A DNA stretch of 64,000 nt, taken from positions 672,001-736,000 of the forward strand of contig JAKFBS010000002.1 of NCBI GenBank assembly GCA_036677065.1, read 5' to 3'. The notes beneath the pieces were generated by a model that ran no database searches, had not been told where the DNA came from, and worked only from the letters and a program-made list of their open reading frames with translations. The position numbers were made by a program, and so were the translations under genes. This document shows, piece after piece, positions 1 to 8,061 of this stretch (positions are counted from its first letter, which is position 1; each line of letters begins with the position of its first letter). This DNA is from Bdellovibrio sp. (GTDB taxonomy: Bacteria; Bdellovibrionota; Bdellovibrionia; Bdellovibrionales; Bdellovibrionaceae).

Positions 1-914
1 TTATTCTAAACACAGGAACTTTCGCAGAAGGCGCTTTAGGTGCTGCGACTTTTAACCATGTTAAACGCCATGCCATTGATGCCAAAGGTGTACACTGGTT
101 TTTAGATGACGGAAAAATTTCTTACTACGATCCAAGCTCTGCGACCCCACAACTGACTTATGTTGCTGGTGGTGGTACTAGCGAAACAACTGATGTGATT
201 GATGATCCAAAAGAATTAAAAATAAATGATAGTTTAAATATTGATGCCTATGGTGTATTTACAGTTTTACCAAATCAATGGGTGGTGTTCTCGTCAGATG
301 ACCCAACTCTTCCGGTCAGCGCCGGTGTGCCTGCAAATCGTTTTAAACTGCGTGTGTACAAGCACAGCAGTGATCCAAGTAAACGCAGCGTATCTACGGT
401 ATTTATCAGCGGCAGCACCGCTCAAGGGTCAACCGATGCTTTGGTTCCGTATTCACGTTTAGCTATTAGCTTTGATCCGATTCGTAATAACATTGCCAAT
501 ATCACCGGGCGTTTTTGCGCGACCAGTTTTGTTGATGGAATTACAGATCACTGTGATAGCGCTAAATTAATTAAGTTTTATGTCAGTACCAACACTAGCC
601 CTGAATATATGGGCTCAGTAAATCGTGATAGTTTTCTATCATTTCAATACGGAAAAGATACGCTATTTATGATGGATTCAACAAAAGGCACAATTTCAAA
701 ATATGATTCAAGCTCATTTCAAAAAATTGCCGGCGGCAATAGTCTCGGAACCGATTATTGTACTAACTTTACGCCTTCAACAAGCTGTCAGTTACGTGTG
801 CGTGATTTTAAACCGATCATGAATGGAAACGATCAAGTGCTGATTATGGATCAAAACTATTTACGAATTATTGAACTGGGACAAGTATTTAGTATTTTCT
901 CGGCTGCGCCTTAG
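1..914 (+). CDS. 3' end of a larger secreted/surface protein, beta-propeller (NHL-like) C-terminal region; 5'-truncated by the window edge
   Basis: Frame is open from position 3 (ILNTGTFAEGALGAATFNHVKRHAIDAKGVHWFLDDGKISYYD...YVAGGG) into the listed 195..914 ORF; beta-rich repeats with 'IAGG' and 'LIMDQNYLRII' resemble NHL/propeller blades. Confidence 0.55.
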   Translation, partial: ILNTGTFAEGALGAATFNHVKRHAIDAKGVHWFLDDGKISYYDPSSATPQLTYVAGGGTSETTDVIDDPKELKINDSLNIDAYGVFTVLPNQWVVFSSDDPTLPVSAGVPANRFKLRVYKHSSDPSKRSVSTVFISGSTAQGSTDALVPYSRLAISFDPIRNNIANITGRFCATSFVDGITDHCDSAKLIKFYVSTNTSPEYMGSVNRDSFLSFQYGKDTLFMMDSTKGTISKYDSSSFQKIAGGNSLGTDYCTNFTPSTSCQLRVRDFKPIMNGNDQVLIMDQNYLRIIELGQVFSIFSAAP

Positions 915-2290
915 AAATCGAGAAGAAGACCAAATTTAGTTAAACCAAATTTACGGCTACTGCCTGCAGCGGTAGCCAGTTGCATATCTTGTGTTTCAAA
1001 AAGACCACCGATAACATATTCAGTTTTACCCACTGTCATTTTATATTTGTAGTTTAAACCAATTTTCATGTGTGATTTTACAACTTTTGAACCTAACGAG
1101 GCCATTTCAAATTTTGCAATAACCGTGCTTTTCGGATTCACCGTGTAAATGGCGTCGGCTCCGAAAGCAAATTGTGAAGATTGAAACTTAGTGCTTGATA
1201 GGTCTTGTTTAACATCGAAGTTTCTATGCCCCGTCCATACACCGTAATTAAAAGCCGCTTTGTTATTTGAATAATAACCAAAGGTCATTTTTGAATCACG
1301 AGAACTCACGACCGCCGGATCTTCACCGGTCGAAAAGCTATTATAAAAACCAAAGCCCACCTTGAAAGAAGTCCAAACAAAGTCTGTTAATCCAGAAAAT
1401 TCGTAGAAAAAACTTGAAGAAGAATAGCTTGCAGATTCACTGGCTAAGGCCGCTGATGCCATACCAAAATAAACTGTTTTATCAAATCCAATCGATAAGG
1501 CCGCTGCTTTTTCTTCTAACTTTTTAACAAAGACTGCAAAAGTTAAAGTTTGATCTTGGTGTTTAAAACGAAAAGCGCCCGAAGCCTGCCCTTTTAAATT
1601 TCCGGTGGGAATCTCAAAAGTGCGGTAACGCTCACCTTTTCCAGAAACTTCAACGATGTTGGCACTATTCCAACGGGCTTCTTGCGGAAGAGAAATAGTC
1701 ACTAAACCTGGCGACACTGAAAAATTACAGTTAATCCCCATTGGAAAAGTCACCGGAAGATTTTTAACTTCTTTTAATTTAAAAAGTTCTTCTGGGCAGT
1801 TGCGGCTCATGAGAACCTTTTGTTCAGGCTTCCATTCAATTTCATAAAGCACTTGGCCCGCGTCATCTTGAATAAAAGTTTTACCAGCGCCCGTTACAAT
1901 TCTGATTTCATCAGCCATCACCGCAGAGTCTAATAGATCTTCAGCGATCACAGGTGTTGCCGCGGCTGCAGTTTCGGCTTTTGCAGTGCCTGATTGTTCA
2001 GGCGACGGTGCCGTTGTCAAAATGTACTTATTCATAAATGAAAAATCTGTTGCCGCAGAATCTGCACCTTTGGTTCTATATTTTTTAGGTAAGATAAAAC
2101 CTTTTTTCAAAACAACTTCAACGCCGTAAACGATATTCACCTGATCAAGTTTTACAAAGCCTTCTTTGGCAGAAAATAATACGGGATTGGCCGTTGAGTT
2201 ATTTTTGACATCTTTAATTATGACTTCAGCAAAAGCAAATGATGAAAAGACCAATGAAAATAGAAGAGTTTTGATTTGACCTAGATGCAT
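911..2290 (-). CDS. Secreted protein with probable C-terminal outer-membrane beta-barrel
   Basis: Sec signal peptide (SSFAFA|E); C-terminal ~190 aa has alternating aromatic/Gly beta-strands and ends in Phe (TKFGLLLDF), typical of BamA substrates. Confidence 0.6.
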   Translation of the reverse strand: MHLGQIKTLLFSLVFSSFAFAEVIIKDVKNNSTANPVLFSAKEGFVKLDQVNIVYGVEVVLKKGFILPKKYRTKGADSAATDFSFMNKYILTTAPSPEQSGTAKAETAAAATPVIAEDLLDSAVMADEIRIVTGAGKTFIQDDAGQVLYEIEWKPEQKVLMSRNCPEELFKLKEVKNLPVTFPMGINCNFSVSPGLVTISLPQEARWNSANIVEVSGKGERYRTFEIPTGNLKGQASGAFRFKHQDQTLTFAVFVKKLEEKAAALSIGFDKTVYFGMASAALASESASYSSSSFFYEFSGLTDFVWTSFKVGFGFYNSFSTGEDPAVVSSRDSKMTFGYYSNNKAAFNYGVWTGHRNFDVKQDLSSTKFQSSQFAFGADAIYTVNPKSTVIAKFEMASLGSKVVKSHMKIGLNYKYKMTVGKTEYVIGGLFETQDMQLATAAGSSRKFGLTKFGLLLDF

Positions 2291-2304
2291 GCCTTAATAG
2301 GTTA

Positions 2305-2976
2305 TTAATCTGCGTTATCTAATGCAATGTTTTTCTTGCTGCCGCGATAAGCGAGTACAAACATGACTACAAGAATAATAAAACCTATCGTAACTAGACC
2401 ACCACCGGTATCGTGGGGTTGTTCTGAGGCCGGAGCCCGCTCAGCAATAACAAGCGTACCCTCTGTGGTTTTTTCGTTCGCCATAGCCAGCTGTTGATCT
2501 AAAGAGTTCTTCTGCCCTTGGCCTTTGGCACTGCTGGTTTCTGCAAATGATTTTTTAGCATGATAGACTTTAACCTGTACCGAAGTGTTGGTTGCAAAGT
2601 CTGACACTTGGAACCGATTTAAAGCTAAGACTTCAATCCATGCATTCGAATACCCAATATGTTCATCTAAGGTGGTTTTAAAATCGGCTTTTGTTAAAGT
2701 CACTAATTGATAAGGACAGCGCTCTAATTCGTGGTTATTTAAAACTTTTTCTTTATGTTCATCTGCACGCGGCAAACTAGAGTTAAAATAAACAAATTGT
2801 CCTGGCGCAAGCCCGCGCGCCACACCGGCGTCGATTTTTTCAACATCTGCCGTTTTACCGCCCAAACGTTTTACAGTTTTACGAATACCAGAAAGTGTAT
2901 CGCCGGGTTTTACGATGTAAACCGCATTGACTGTGATTCCACTTTTAGTAAAAGTTTGCGTTTGGTACTGCTTCAT
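2305..2976 (-). CDS. LysM-like peptidoglycan-binding protein with C-terminal transmembrane anchor
   Basis: YIVKPGDTLSGI...LAPGQFVY LysM signature, a second degenerate LysM-like segment (GYSNAWIEVLALN), C-terminal TM (LVTIGFIILVVMFVLAY) followed by RGSKK. No signal peptide visible. Confidence 0.65.
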   Translation of the reverse strand: MKQYQTQTFTKSGITVNAVYIVKPGDTLSGIRKTVKRLGGKTADVEKIDAGVARGLAPGQFVYFNSSLPRADEHKEKVLNNHELERCPYQLVTLTKADFKTTLDEHIGYSNAWIEVLALNRFQVSDFATNTSVQVKVYHAKKSFAETSSAKGQGQKNSLDQQLAMANEKTTEGTLVIAERAPASEQPHDTGGGLVTIGFIILVVMFVLAYRGSKKNIALDNAD

Positions 2977-3792
2977 TTAATTAAAATTCTTCAAATTAAT
3001 TTTTTTAGTTTTTGCACGATTGTCATCGTCATCTTTTAATAATATTTTTTCGATTAATTTTTCCTGGCCATTAACTACGATAAAAAGTGAAACTTCATTC
3101 GCCGATTCATCGCCACGACTGTTATACAAAGAAATGTCAAAACTGTATTCACCGTCTTTAGGCGCAGTTGTTTTAAACATTTCAACACCTGGTCCACGAT
3201 CAGAATCATTCACGAATTCATCAGGATCGGTATCAGATAATTTGCGGTTTTTAAAATTAAGCTCTTGGCCTAATGGAGTCGTCACTTTTAAATCGACGTC
3301 ATGGCTTCGGTTAGCCCATTTCACAAATACAATCACACTTGTTGCATCAGCTGGAATAGCCTTGGTTGAGGCCACACCACGCATGGATTCTTGCATTTTT
3401 GCTTGAGTCGTTTTTGAAAATTGGGCGATTTTAACTATAGCTAAATCTTTTGTGCTTAATTCATCTTTAGCTTGTGATAATTGTGAGCGCAATTTATTTA
3501 CATCTGAATTTAATGCGGCAATAATTTTCTTTAACTCTTCAGTGTCTGCGTTAGCGACCATATTATCTATAGCAGAAGATTGTTCAACCGAACTTGATTG
3601 AAAACCTTTTTCTGACATTTTTTTAAGTTCTTTCTCAACTGCATCAGCGACACTTTTATTCTTTAACGCGAAAGAATATAGCATTACGAACAGACCAAAC
3701 AATAAGGTCATCATATCCGCATAACTGACAAGCCATTTTTCATCAACGTGGGGAACGCCGTGAGAATCGCTATGACGTTTTTTACGACGCAC
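2977..3792 (-). CDS. motB: MotB-family stator protein (MotB TM with conserved Asp + coiled coil + YfaP/DUF2135-like domain, no OmpA domain)
   Basis: WLVSYADMMTLLFGLFVMLYS is the MotB TM motif; C-terminus VFVKW...DVDLKVTTP.G...NDSDRGPGVEMF...DGEY matches the YfaP/DUF2135 pattern. Overlaps the motA end. Confidence 0.8.
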   Translation of the reverse strand: MRRKKRHSDSHGVPHVDEKWLVSYADMMTLLFGLFVMLYSFALKNKSVADAVEKELKKMSEKGFQSSSVEQSSAIDNMVANADTEELKKIIAALNSDVNKLRSQLSQAKDELSTKDLAIVKIAQFSKTTQAKMQESMRGVASTKAIPADATSVIVFVKWANRSHDVDLKVTTPLGQELNFKNRKLSDTDPDEFVNDSDRGPGVEMFKTTAPKDGEYSFDISLYNSRGDESANEVSLFIVVNGQEKLIEKILLKDDDDNRAKTKKINLKNFN

Positions 3793-4645
3793 TCGCTACC
3801 TCATCTTTTGGCGGCTCCTCCACCGGAATTGAAGGTTGCTCATAATTGGCAATGAATTTACCTAATGATTTTCGAACGGCCATTTGTTCATTGATATCTA
3901 AACCAAAAGTAATGACCTCAGTTAAGCTTTCAAATGACACGCCTTCTTTTTCTTTCACGATCGCTTCAGCGATAACTTCACGGATGTGATTATCATCTTC
4001 AGCTAATTGAAACGCGTAATCGGCCAATGGTAAAAACACGAAATTGGCTAAACCGATTCCCCAGAAGGTGGCTGTTAGCGCCACCGCCATGGCTTTACCC
4101 ATCGCTTCAGGACCGCCCGATCCTAAGTTAGTCATCATTTGAATCATACCCGTTGAAGCTCCAAGAAGACCTAAAGCCGGTGGATATTTAGAAATATTAA
4201 GTAAAACTTTTGCGTAAGCCTGGTAACGGATTTTAAAGTTCTGTACGCGCATGGCCATGGCTTCATAAACTTCATCTGGCTTCATGTGTGGTTCACGTAA
4301 TAACAATAAACCATCTAATACGAACATGTGATTATATTTACGTTTTTTAGCATCAAAAAATGGGGATTTATTTTGATACAAGGATGTTAATAACTCATAA
4401 ACCACTTCGATATCGTATGAACTCTTTTTTAAGAAGAATCCGTAGATCAAAAAGTCGATAAGTTCTGAAACCATCTTAAATGAGTATGACAACAGTGTAA
4501 TCGCGATGGTTCCGCCAAATACTAAGGCTAAGGCATGCGTATTCGCAAAAATCGATAGATCCGCAAATCCACTGAAAACCCCGACATACATCACAAAGCC
4601 GAGAGCAATAAGTCCAAACCATATTGATCTAATTTTCATAACCAT
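3782..4645 (-). CDS. motA: MotA/PomA-family stator (ion channel) protein
   Basis: Four TMs; ALALVFGGT, PPALGLLGASTGMIQMM, MAVALTATFWGIGLANFVFLPLA motifs; adjacent to motB. Confidence 0.9.
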   Translation of the reverse strand: MVMKIRSIWFGLIALGFVMYVGVFSGFADLSIFANTHALALVFGGTIAITLLSYSFKMVSELIDFLIYGFFLKKSSYDIEVVYELLTSLYQNKSPFFDAKKRKYNHMFVLDGLLLLREPHMKPDEVYEAMAMRVQNFKIRYQAYAKVLLNISKYPPALGLLGASTGMIQMMTNLGSGGPEAMGKAMAVALTATFWGIGLANFVFLPLADYAFQLAEDDNHIREVIAEAIVKEKEGVSFESLTEVITFGLDINEQMAVRKSLGKFIANYEQPSIPVEEPPKDEVASAS

Positions 4646-4651
4646 TCCCCT

Positions 4652-6370
4652 TTAATTAGCCACACTAATAATTTCGCGCGTGCGATGTGTTAAGCGAACC
4701 ACATCCCCATTCATATTCAGCAAACGAATTTGCTGAAACGCGCTTTGATTGTTTAAGTTCGTAAATTTAAATTCTGAAGTAAAATTGAAATACTGAGAGG
4801 CACTTTCAGCCAATTCTTTAGTAACAACGATGTTTTGTTCAAGCACTGTGTGTAAATGTGCAGCCTTTTGCACTTCTGAAAAAGGCTTACCAAAATATAA
4901 CATTTCACCTGTTTGTGGACTCATGTGTATGACAGCACTACCTTTAGCAGCACAAAGCATAAATGATTTAAACACGCCACCGTCATTCATCTTATGTTTT
5001 AGAAAACTTTCAATATCTAATAGTGAATTCAATCCGCGCAGATTGATTTGCATATTTTCATCAAACAACCCCCACGCCAAAGTCATTGAACCGTTTAGCT
5101 GAGAAATCACAACGCCATTTGTTTTTGCGATAATTTCTTCTAAGTTTTTACGAATAAGGTCATACTCTTTAACCACAGCAGAACCTAGAGCAGATTCATC
5201 AACTAATAATTCTAATTGCACAGCTAAAACTTCAGATTCACTTAAATCAAGATTTACAGCTTTAAAGTTCAATTTATCAGCTAAATTTACCCGGCCAAAT
5301 TTTTGAATAACATTTCCCAGCTCAGAACTGCGCTCAACTGTCTCAAATGTGCTGCACACATGTTGTGATAATAGATCGAATTCATCTTTTAAGGTACTGT
5401 CAGAGATTGCCGGTTTTATTTCACGGCGCTGAGCATAGTCTTCAAGCTGTTGCATCAAGTGTTTTACTTTTTGAGAAGTAAATAAACCCATAAATGCAAG
5501 CAGCACCACCATCGCTGAAAATAGTATTCCCACAGCTTTAGAGAAATTAGATTTAATTAAATAAACTGACTGCCATAAATAACCTTCAGAAGCTTCACTT
5601 AGAACATAAAAGCCGCCGGCACTACGAATAACTGTGGCATAAAAATTTTCGGTCGTTAGTTTATCAAAATACTTATTTTGCAAAACGGCTTTATTACTTT
5701 TATTTAACTCGACCAACACTGGGTGCTCGTTGATATCACCTAAAAATTCATCGCCACTTTGGGCGATCATCCCGCCAACTGATTCGAACATAAACTGGTT
5801 ATAGCCCGTTAATGGCGTAAACAGAGCCTGAAAACGCTGCAAGTCTGCATAGACAACGACAACAGAATTTTGCTCTGCTAAGCGGCTAACTACGGCCAAA
5901 AGCTGGGTTTTTTTATCATTTGCTGTCAACTTTTGAATAAAGTATTTATTAAACTGTAAGCGGGAAAAATCTAAAGGATTAGCCCCTACTGTTTCTTTGA
6001 TAAAATCATTAGATAAACCACGGTTGGCGGTAAAATCTGTATTAGTAAAATTTGCCGAAACTTTGTATTTGCCGTCTTTAAAAGTAAATAGATCTACAGC
6101 CACAAGGTCAGCATCCAAACCTTCTGAACCGAAACTTTCTCTTTTAACAGAAAGTTTTTTAACTATTTCTAATGAAGCCAGTTGATAATATTTAATTTTA
6201 GCTTCGATCTCATTAACTTTTGTGGCCGTTGTTGTATGTAACTGCGTCAGCGCTTGAGTCACAATGTAGTCTTTTAAAATATCCTCGGTGCGCGACCAAG
6301 CGATTTTTGCAAAAACACCCACAACAAGAGCTAAGGCGACTAAATATTTAAACATAAGCTTCATGGTCAT
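4652..6370 (-). CDS. Membrane sensor: TM-Cache-like-TM-HAMP + degenerate class III nucleotide cyclase domain
   Basis: Two TMs flank a periplasmic domain; HAMP-like segment (KVKHLMQQL...KDEFDLLSQ); C-terminus follows the cyclase pattern (EEIIAKTNGVVISQLNGSMTLAWG; YFGKPFSEVQKAAHL...NIVVTKEL) without catalytic residues. Confidence 0.6.
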   Translation of the reverse strand: MTMKLMFKYLVALALVVGVFAKIAWSRTEDILKDYIVTQALTQLHTTTATKVNEIEAKIKYYQLASLEIVKKLSVKRESFGSEGLDADLVAVDLFTFKDGKYKVSANFTNTDFTANRGLSNDFIKETVGANPLDFSRLQFNKYFIQKLTANDKKTQLLAVVSRLAEQNSVVVVYADLQRFQALFTPLTGYNQFMFESVGGMIAQSGDEFLGDINEHPVLVELNKSNKAVLQNKYFDKLTTENFYATVIRSAGGFYVLSEASEGYLWQSVYLIKSNFSKAVGILFSAMVVLLAFMGLFTSQKVKHLMQQLEDYAQRREIKPAISDSTLKDEFDLLSQHVCSTFETVERSSELGNVIQKFGRVNLADKLNFKAVNLDLSESEVLAVQLELLVDESALGSAVVKEYDLIRKNLEEIIAKTNGVVISQLNGSMTLAWGLFDENMQINLRGLNSLLDIESFLKHKMNDGGVFKSFMLCAAKGSAVIHMSPQTGEMLYFGKPFSEVQKAAHLHTVLEQNIVVTKELAESASQYFNFTSEFKFTNLNNQSAFQQIRLLNMNGDVVRLTHRTREIISVAN

Positions 6371-8061
6371 AAAGCCTCCATAACATAGCCCACATTAATG
6401 TAGTGCCCTGATTGTGAAACGGTATTTGCGCTGGGGCTATTTGAGCCTTTAAATTCATGCTCGCTCTTTTTAAAAAGATAGCCAATTTCAAAACGATCGT
6501 TACTGCCTGCGCGGTTAAATAAAGCATTAATCGAATAATCAATGCTTTCGCCTTTTTCTAAGGTTTGATCCTGAGACTTAGTCAGTTGATAAACTGGTTT
6601 TAAATAACCCACGCGAAAATCGACCGCATACTGGTCTAAATAATTATATTGCAAGCTTGCATTCAAAAAAACATTCAATAAATGCTGCGAATAAATATTT
6701 AACTGCGTTGCCGAAAGCGGATCAGTTGTTGCCTGAATAAGGCGATCTAACCCAAGGCCCGCGTTTAATTTAATAATCTGTGGGTATGAGTTATAGTATG
6801 AATACTCTTGGCCAAAACGAAAGTCGTAGATCAATTCGCCCTTATTCGGTAAATTAAAATAACCCAGATTTAATTTGTAATATTGATTTAAGCTATCGAT
6901 AAAGCCCGGATCATTTTTCGTGTAAGAAAAATTTAAAACCTGGCCACTGATATCTACAATCGAAGACTGTGACGGAAAATCTGATTTATAATCAATGCTT
7001 GAAGAAATTATATTAAAATTGTGGTAATACTGGCGGCTTTTGGCTTTTACTGTATCACGGTAAAACTTATTTTCTGCCACTAGCGTACGATCACCTGCTT
7101 TAATCGAAAAATCAACACAAGCATCAGTCGAATACAGCTTGGCTTTAATATGGGATTTTACGCAAAAAGTGTATTCTCCACCCGCCCAAGATGACGGAAC
7201 TCTAAAAGTTGTCGCATAAAAATTCGGCGCGCTAAATTTTTGCATTTCTAATGGATCAACGTTTTTTTGATACACGACAATCGCATATCTTTTAACATCC
7301 ATCACTTTGTGCCAGCTGATTTCACGAACAAACGTATTTGCCGGAGTAATTACGCGTGGACTAAATTTATCCTGTTCATAAACTTCTAGCGGCATAAGAT
7401 TGGCCGCAATAATTTTATTTTGCGCATTGCGAGCCACAACTTTTAACATATAAGAACCAGACTCTAAGCCTTTAACTTCAGTTTCCGCAGCTTTAAGATC
7501 TGTTAAAACCTGCTCTGGTGTTTCACTGAATATTTTGCTTTTTTTAAAATCACGCGTAGAGCTTAGTGGATTTATCTCAAAACGTTCGGTCTGATAAACC
7601 GAAAGCGCATAAGAAGCTGCATCACTGATCGGAGTCCATTGTACGAAGGCTTTATTCTGGTTTTGTAAGTCTTTGCTAATACCAGCTACATTGCCATCAA
7701 GATTTACTAAAGTGATCTTATAATCTTCAACTACGAACGAACTAAACTCACTCCAGTTAGATTCAGTTTCATCAGCAAAAGAAATTTTAAAACGAAAACG
7801 GTAACGCCCTTTAGCAAGATATTCTTGCCACTGAGGCGTAGCTTGTTCAAAACTCATTACAGCCCCGTGCGCCGGATGAATTTCGACGATATATTTTTTG
7901 GCATTAGGTTCAGCCTTAAGATTTAAAGCCACCTTGCGCTTCATCTCAGCATCAACTCTTTCACTCATATACTTGGGATTCGCCATCGTCGTCAGCGATG
8001 CAAATAATCCAAAAATCAAAATAAATGGCTTTGCACTAATTTTTGATTTCGACATTTTCAA
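6367..8061 (-). CDS. Secreted FN3/Ig-repeat protein with C-terminal beta-barrel-like region
   Basis: Signal peptide; FN3-like motifs (GRYRFRFK..ESNWSE; VQWTPISDAASYALSV; GSYMLKVVARN; ISWHKV; GGEYTFCVK); aromatic beta-rich C-terminus (HYINVGYVMEAL). Confidence 0.6.
   Translation of the reverse strand: MKMSKSKISAKPFILIFGLFASLTTMANPKYMSERVDAEMKRKVALNLKAEPNAKKYIVEIHPAHGAVMSFEQATPQWQEYLAKGRYRFRFKISFADETESNWSEFSSFVVEDYKITLVNLDGNVAGISKDLQNQNKAFVQWTPISDAASYALSVYQTERFEINPLSSTRDFKKSKIFSETPEQVLTDLKAAETEVKGLESGSYMLKVVARNAQNKIIAANLMPLEVYEQDKFSPRVITPANTFVREISWHKVMDVKRYAIVVYQKNVDPLEMQKFSAPNFYATTFRVPSSWAGGEYTFCVKSHIKAKLYSTDACVDFSIKAGDRTLVAENKFYRDTVKAKSRQYYHNFNIISSSIDYKSDFPSQSSIVDISGQVLNFSYTKNDPGFIDSLNQYYKLNLGYFNLPNKGELIYDFRFGQEYSYYNSYPQIIKLNAGLGLDRLIQATTDPLSATQLNIYSQHLLNVFLNASLQYNYLDQYAVDFRVGYLKPVYQLTKSQDQTLEKGESIDYSINALFNRAGSNDRFEIGYLFKKSEHEFKGSNSPSANTVSQSGHYINVGYVMEAL

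Noticed and set aside
2977..4645. Zorya anti-phage system (ZorAB)
   Set aside because: MotA has no long ZorA cytoplasmic tail, MotB lacks the OmpA domain, and no ZorC/D/E helicase or nuclease genes are adjacent.
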